From the NCBI RefSeq assembly GCF_000039765.1, contig NC_004460.2, forward strand, positions 1,200,001 through 1,232,000: 32,000 bases of DNA. Reading direction: 5' to 3'. This document shows positions 26,240-32,000 of the stretch, piece after piece. The notes beneath the pieces were generated by a model that was not told the origin of the DNA, made no database searches, and saw only the letters and a program-made list of their open reading frames with translations. Made by a program: the position numbers and the translations under genes. The stretch's first letter is position 1; the number at the start of each line of letters is the position of its first letter. The DNA comes from Vibrio vulnificus CMCP6. GTDB taxonomy: Bacteria; Pseudomonadota; Gammaproteobacteria; Enterobacterales; Vibrionaceae.

Positions 26240-27142
26240 ATGAATAACCCACTAGAATTCAAATGGTTAGAAGACTTTCTTAGTTTAATGGAACTGGGAA
26301 ATTTCTCTGCTGCTGCCAAAGCACGCTTTGTTACGCAATCGGCCTTTAGCCGCCGCATACAAGCCTTGGAAGTCTGGATTGGTGTGCCGTTATTTGACCG
26401 CACCTCTTACCCCATCACCTTGACTGAACACGGACAAAAATTCGTCCCTTACGCAGAAAACTTGCTGAATCAGGTAAAGGTGACCAAAGAAGATTTTGCC
26501 CAAGCCTCGCTGAAAACCGACCATACCGTTCGCATTGTGTGCCTGCACACCTTGGCGGTGAATTTGCTGCCTAAACTGTTTTTGCAAAGCGCCGAAGCGT
26601 TGAGTCATCTCAACTTGTCGGTCACCCCTTCGGTTTTGGGTATCGACGCCCATTTTCAGATGCTGGAAGATCACTCCACCGATTTGCTGTTTACTTACAA
26701 CATTTCCGCGATGAGGCCATCGCTGTCGCTTGAAGACAAGCTTGAGAAGTGCGTCATACACAGTGAAAAAGTGGTGCCCGTGGTTGCGCCGCGCTTACTT
26801 GAGTCGCTCAAAGCAGACCAAACCATTCCCTACCTGAGCTACAGTGAGCACACCTTTCTGTCAAAAGTGGTTGAACCGGTCTTAAAGACGCTGCCACTGA
26901 CCCTCAAGCCAGTCTTTGAAACCACCTTGAGTGAATCATTGGTGAAAATGGCGATTGGTGGCGCGGGGGTTGCTTGGGTTCCAATGCACGTGATCGAGGA
27001 GGAACTGGCGCAACATCGCCTTGTCATCGCGTTTGAGGAACAAAAAGAATGGCAGATCCCAATCGATATTCTCTGCTATCGCTCAACCACCAACCATCGC
27101 GCTGCGGTGGATCAATTTTGGCAAGAAATCGACAAGTCATAA
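26240..27142 (+). CDS. LysR-family transcriptional regulator, divergent from iadA-dcuC
   Basis: 300 aa. N-terminal wHTH (LEDFLSLMELGNFSAAAKARFVTQSAFSRRIQALEVWIGVPLFDR) and a LysR substrate-binding domain. Confidence 0.88.
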   Translation: MNNPLEFKWLEDFLSLMELGNFSAAAKARFVTQSAFSRRIQALEVWIGVPLFDRTSYPITLTEHGQKFVPYAENLLNQVKVTKEDFAQASLKTDHTVRIVCLHTLAVNLLPKLFLQSAEALSHLNLSVTPSVLGIDAHFQMLEDHSTDLLFTYNISAMRPSLSLEDKLEKCVIHSEKVVPVVAPRLLESLKADQTIPYLSYSEHTFLSKVVEPVLKTLPLTLKPVFETTLSESLVKMAIGGAGVAWVPMHVIEEELAQHRLVIAFEEQKEWQIPIDILCYRSTTNHRAAVDQFWQEIDKS

Positions 27143-27189
27143 ACGCACTCTTGCTCGCCTGCGAAAAAAGATCTGACCAACTACTTAAT

Positions 27190-27220
27190 AAAAAAGGCCG
27201 CGTGGTTTGCGGCCAAAAAA
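27190..27220 (-). terminator. Intrinsic terminator (minus strand) ending the groEL-distal transcript. The hairpin is shared with the LysR 3' end.
   Basis: A6-GGCCGC-gtggttt-GCGGCC-A6 on the + strand, which reads as T6-stem-T6 on the minus strand. Confidence 0.65.
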
Positions 27221-27252
27221 GAGAGGGGAAACACAGAGAACCAAGGGAGGCG

Positions 27253-27465
27253 TTAATGGATAACGCGTTCACCAGCTCGCATCAGTTGAGAGACATCAAT
27301 GGTGAACACCACCACTCTGGCCGGTTTTGCTAGCCCCTTCTTAATAGAAAACTCCGGATGACCTTTAGTGACGCGGGGAAAACAGATCACACTTGGCCAA
27401 TCGGTATTTGAGCAAGCTTTTCCCGTCTCACGCACTGAAAACGACAATGATGGCAAACGTGTCAT
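27253..27465 (-). CDS. Hypothetical small protein (70 aa) downstream of groEL. Its coding status is uncertain.
   Basis: ATG 27465 is preceded by TGAGGT 7 nt upstream. Several rare codons (AGA, CTA, CGA, GGA, GGG). I recognise no family. The terminator at 27190-27220 follows it. Confidence 0.3.
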   Translation of the reverse strand: MTRLPSLSFSVRETGKACSNTDWPSVICFPRVTKGHPEFSIKKGLAKPARVVVFTIDVSQLMRAGERVIH

Positions 27466-27513
27466 AACATCAACCTCATCCAATTTGGCGGGCGTTTGCC
27501 CGCCAAAGTCTCA

Positions 27514-29127
<1,614 letters not shown>

Positions 29128-29146
29128 TCACCACAACTAAAATGCA

Positions 29147-29437
29147 TTACTCAACGATGGCTAACACATCAGATTCAGACAGGATCAAGTACTCTTTCCC
29201 ATCCATTTTTTCTGTTTTCACGCCATAGCCGTCATTAAAAATCACCACATCACCGACTTTTACTTCCATCGATGCGCGTTCACCATTTTCAAGACGTTTA
29301 CCTAGGCCAGCGGCGATCACTTTGCCGCGATTGGATTTTTTAACCGATTGAGAGGTTAAAACGATTCCCCCTTCAGATTTGTTTTCCACTTCTTGTCGTT
29401 CAACAATCAGCTTGTCATTTAAAGGACGAATGTTCAT
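29147..29437 (-). CDS. groES: Co-chaperonin GroES
   Basis: 96 aa: [27 protein letters not shown]...; GGAGG SD. Confidence 0.95.
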
Positions 29438-29529
29438 TGAGATTGCCTCCTACTTAATTCTCAAAAAGATAAAAGACAGGTTGATAGATAAAATTCTGGC
29501 GAGAGGCTATCCAGCGCTCTCGCAGAAAA

Positions 29530-29557
29530 AAATAGGGTCAGTTAGAGAGAGTTCAAG
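29530..29557 (-). promoter_or_regulatory. Sigma32 (heat-shock)-type promoter for groES-groEL
   Basis: On the minus strand, CCCTTGAAC-N13-CCCTATTT matches the consensus CTTGAAA-N13/14-CCCCATNT. It lies ~95 nt upstream of the groES ATG. I found no CIRCE element. Confidence 0.7.
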
Positions 29558-29603
29558 GGAGAATTTTGATAAAAATTTTTTATCAACCAAAAAAAATTGT
29601 TTA

Positions 29604-30170
29604 TCAAATCGTGGCGTCCAACATCCGAATCACACGACACGGATTGCCCGCCGCAACCACATTGGCAGGCACATCTTTGGTGACCACCGAGCCTGCGCCG
29701 ATGACGCTGTTATCACCAATCGTCACGCCAGGGCACACAATCACGCCGCCACCGAGCCACACATTGTTGCCAATGGTAATCGGTGTGCCAAACTCAATAC
29801 CCTCTTCCACGCGGCTTTTTACGTCTAGCGGATGACCCGCCGTGTATATTTGCACGTTGGGGGCAAACAGCACATTATCGCCAATCACCACAGGAGCAAC
29901 ATCCAGCACCACACAGTTAAAGTTGGCGTAGAAGTTTTTGCCCAAAGTGATGTTTGCGCCGTAGTCACAACGAAACGGCGGTTCGAGATAGGCACCTTGT
30001 GATTGGGGGATCAACTGGTCGATGGCTTCTCGCCATTCGGTGCTATCAGGGATCGCATTGTTCAATCGCTGCAAGGTTTTACGACACTCAATTCGCAGCC
30101 CATACAGCTCTTCATCCCACGCATTGTAAGGCTCTCCAGCCAACATTTTTTGCTTTTCAGTTCTGTTCAT
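29604..30170 (-). CDS. maa: Maltose/galactoside O-acetyltransferase (left-handed beta-helix, hexapeptide repeats)
   Basis: 188 aa from the internal Met ([22 protein letters not shown]...). Hexapeptide-repeat C-terminus ([50 protein letters not shown]). Confidence 0.85.
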   Translation of the reverse strand: [188 protein letters not shown]

Positions 30171-30594
30171 TTCGCGTCTTCCAACGTTCACTACGGGCAT
30201 TTTCTGCTGCGCACTATCGCACATTTCCCCTCCTGAAATGAGGAGAATCTCGCCCTAAAGAGAAGAGTCGGGTGCCCAGTCACGCTTTGCGCAATGGCGA
30301 CGTAAGCAGGCTGTTACCTTTCATCCAAGAGGCAAATAGTCCGTGCAAATATCGCCGTGACAAGAATGAATGGAGAGTTATTGCAACCGCCCTCTTCCTG
30401 CTGTCCGAGCCATTTACACTGTAAAACCAGCGGCCGTTCAGCTTGCCTTCTCACAACTGACACTTTGATTCAAAAAAAGCAAACGAATGAAAATTGGCGA
30501 ATTTTTTGCGTGTTACTTCACGGTAATGTCACGGCAATTTCGTAGTGTGAGGGCTTCTGTCCCCCAACATTTGGCGCAAGCCTAAGGAAGAAAA

Positions 30595-31680
30595 ATGAAG
30601 AAGAATCTGCTTGCCATTGCGCTGTGCAGTGTGATTGCCGTACCGATGAGTACATGGGCCGCGCAAACCACAGTGAAACCTTCGGTTGAATACGCGCAGC
30701 TGGTCACTCAGCGACAAGTGGTTGATCAACTGCTGCACGATGCCGTGGTGGCGTTTAAGTCTCCAGCACGTGTATCTCATGCCGGTTTCACGGCAAAAAT
30801 GCCAAGCAATATGGAAATCGTCACCGATCGATTGCTCGAAGCGTACCAGCTAGAACCGTATCGCACCGATTTGCTGATTTCTGCCGCCAACGCGCAGATC
30901 TACAACAAGAATGTCGATAAAGCGATTGAACTGTTTCAACAGGCGCTGAGCGTTGCCCCCGATGATGTCGATTTGCACACCTACCTTGCGGTATGGCAAA
31001 AATTCAAGGGCAACGAGCAAGCGTATCAGCAGCATGTCACGGCACTGAATACGCTTAACCAAGGTCGAGCGGCGGATCTGCAACGCCTTCTGTCCACGGT
31101 GGATCGCATTCTTCAAACGCCCCTTAAAGAGAAAGCCACACGTCAGTTAGGCAGGAACGACGCCATTGTCACTTTGGGCTATGCCCTCAATCCCGATGGC
31201 TCGATGCACGATATTCTCATCGAGCGATTAGAAACCACGCTTACGATGGCTAAAGCCAATCCAGAAGCGCTTATCATCTTAACCGGTGGTGTGCCACAAA
31301 ATCACAAAACCGAAGGCAAGTTGATGGCCGATTGGTTGATTGAACGAGGCATTAGCGCGAATCGTATTATTGAAGAAAACTACGCCACCAGCACCGTGGA
31401 TAATGCCTTGTTCAGCGCCTACGCCTTAGCGCGTCACGGTGTAAAACACGCCACCATCATTAGCTCTGCCAGCCATGTACGCCGTGGCCAAACTCTGTTT
31501 GAAATCGCCACTTGGCAAACCGGCCCGCGCAATATCACGTTTGATACCGTGGCCTACCCAGACAAACCATTGAATGAGCTCAAACACGCCAGCAGTGGTG
31601 AGCTACTGGGTATTTACCGCGACGCACTACGCACCTTTGGCATGTGGAGCTACCGCTCTTCGCCACTGGAGTTCCGTTAA
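30595..31680 (+). CDS. Periplasmic protein with a TPR-like N-terminal half and a DUF218 (ElyC/YdcF/SanA-like) C-terminal domain
   Basis: Signal peptide MKKNLLAIALCSVIAVPMSTWA|AQ. DUF218-like core IVTLGYALNPDGS...LIILTGG...EGKLMADWLIERGI...IIEENYATSTVDNA. AAGGAAG SD. Confidence 0.7.
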   Translation: MKKNLLAIALCSVIAVPMSTWAAQTTVKPSVEYAQLVTQRQVVDQLLHDAVVAFKSPARVSHAGFTAKMPSNMEIVTDRLLEAYQLEPYRTDLLISAANAQIYNKNVDKAIELFQQALSVAPDDVDLHTYLAVWQKFKGNEQAYQQHVTALNTLNQGRAADLQRLLSTVDRILQTPLKEKATRQLGRNDAIVTLGYALNPDGSMHDILIERLETTLTMAKANPEALIILTGGVPQNHKTEGKLMADWLIERGISANRIIEENYATSTVDNALFSAYALARHGVKHATIISSASHVRRGQTLFEIATWQTGPRNITFDTVAYPDKPLNELKHASSGELLGIYRDALRTFGMWSYRSSPLEFR

Positions 31681-31686
31681 TCTTGG

Positions 31687-31715
31687 TAAGGGGCATCGCC
31701 CCTTACTTTCCTTCT
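31687..31715 (+). terminator. Intrinsic terminator after the DUF218 gene
   Basis: TAAGGGGC-atc-GCCCCTTA followed by a T-rich run (ctttccttctttttc). Confidence 0.7.
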
Positions 31716-31875
31716 TTTTCTTCTTTGTCTCAGATACTCATCAAATTGCACTTTCAATTGCTTACAAAAGCAGCAAAAAGTAAGCCCTAGTAAGCATCTC
31801 AATACTTGTTCATTCATTGTGGTTATGATTCCAGCAAATTAATTGCACATTGTTTTATTAAGGATGGGAACTGGA

Positions 31876-32000
31876 ATGAACAACACTCGACTGACTCTTC
31901 TCGCGCTGTCTATCGGCGTCATCGCAGGCTGCAACTCAGGAAGCAGCTCACACTCAGGTTCGGGAGGCCAAGTTGACAGCAAAGGCGTTTACCGCTCAGT
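31876..32000 (+). CDS. Lipoprotein, N-terminal fragment (runs off the window)
   Basis: MNNTRLTLLALSIGVIAGC|NSGSSSHSGSGG: a lipobox (IAGC) followed by a Ser/Gly linker. It is open to the window edge. Confidence 0.6.
   Translation, partial: MNNTRLTLLALSIGVIAGCNSGSSSHSGSGGQVDSKGVYRS

Noticed and set aside
29566-29586. TTGATAAAAA-T-TTTTTATCAA palindrome between maa and the groES promoter, with further TTGATA/TATCAA half-sites at 29481 and 29602. I considered it as an FNR/CRP-type box.
   Set aside because: The half-sites resemble the FNR consensus TTGAT-N4-ATCAA, but the spacing here is 11 nt. The element is pure A/T and may simply be an AT-rich UP-like sequence or a weak post-maa hairpin. I have no basis for a specific factor.
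30260-30310. GCGCAAAGCGTG on the minus strand reminded me of the ACGCAAAGC core of GEMM-I c-di-GMP riboswitches. GGCGACG...GGCTG on the + strand was loosely reminiscent of fluoride riboswitches.
   Set aside because: The surrounding helices, the tetraloop/receptor elements and the other conserved positions I remember for these classes are not present. The resemblance is limited to 8-9 nt.

Overview
The window reads as a Vibrio-type chromosomal segment. This is an inference from the VqmA/VqmR-like locus, a second groES-groEL copy and the put operon organisation. Genes are densely packed and I found no transposase, integrase, phage gene, CRISPR array, tRNA or rRNA.

Gene content from left to right:
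- a secreted PL8 polysaccharide lyase that runs off the left edge
- a DUF445-like membrane protein
- an AsnC/Lrp regulator beside an AT-rich stretch holding two small convergent ORFs
- putA, a stand-alone PutA C-terminal-domain ORF and putP, with an AraC-type regulator upstream
- an ORF-free interval that looks like the sRNA gene vqmR with its operator, followed by the PAS-LuxR regulator vqmA
- pdxH
- a DctB-like histidine kinase and an NtrC-type response regulator whose sigma54/AAA+ module looks degenerate
- a Lap-type adhesin secretion and retention-control cluster (lapC, lapG, lapD, lapB) with no adhesin or outer-membrane component in view
- a flavodoxin-like oxidoreductase behind a textbook SoxR box
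- iadA and a DcuC-family transporter with a divergent LysR regulator
- maa, groES and groEL, where groES has a sigma32-type promoter and groEL lacks the Gly-Gly-Met (GGM) repeat tail
- a periplasmic TPR+DUF218 protein
- the start of a lipoprotein at the right edge

I do not see a convincing, wholly new multi-gene system such as a defence island. The items most worth a second look are:
- the atypical two-component pair abutting the lap operon
- the vqmR-like sRNA, which ORF-based annotation cannot see
- the SoxR-box promoter
- the split PutA
- a start-proximal A7 frameshift in the lyase
- several unexplained structured or repeat-bearing intergenic regions

All family assignments come from reading the translated motifs by eye. 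No database search was run.
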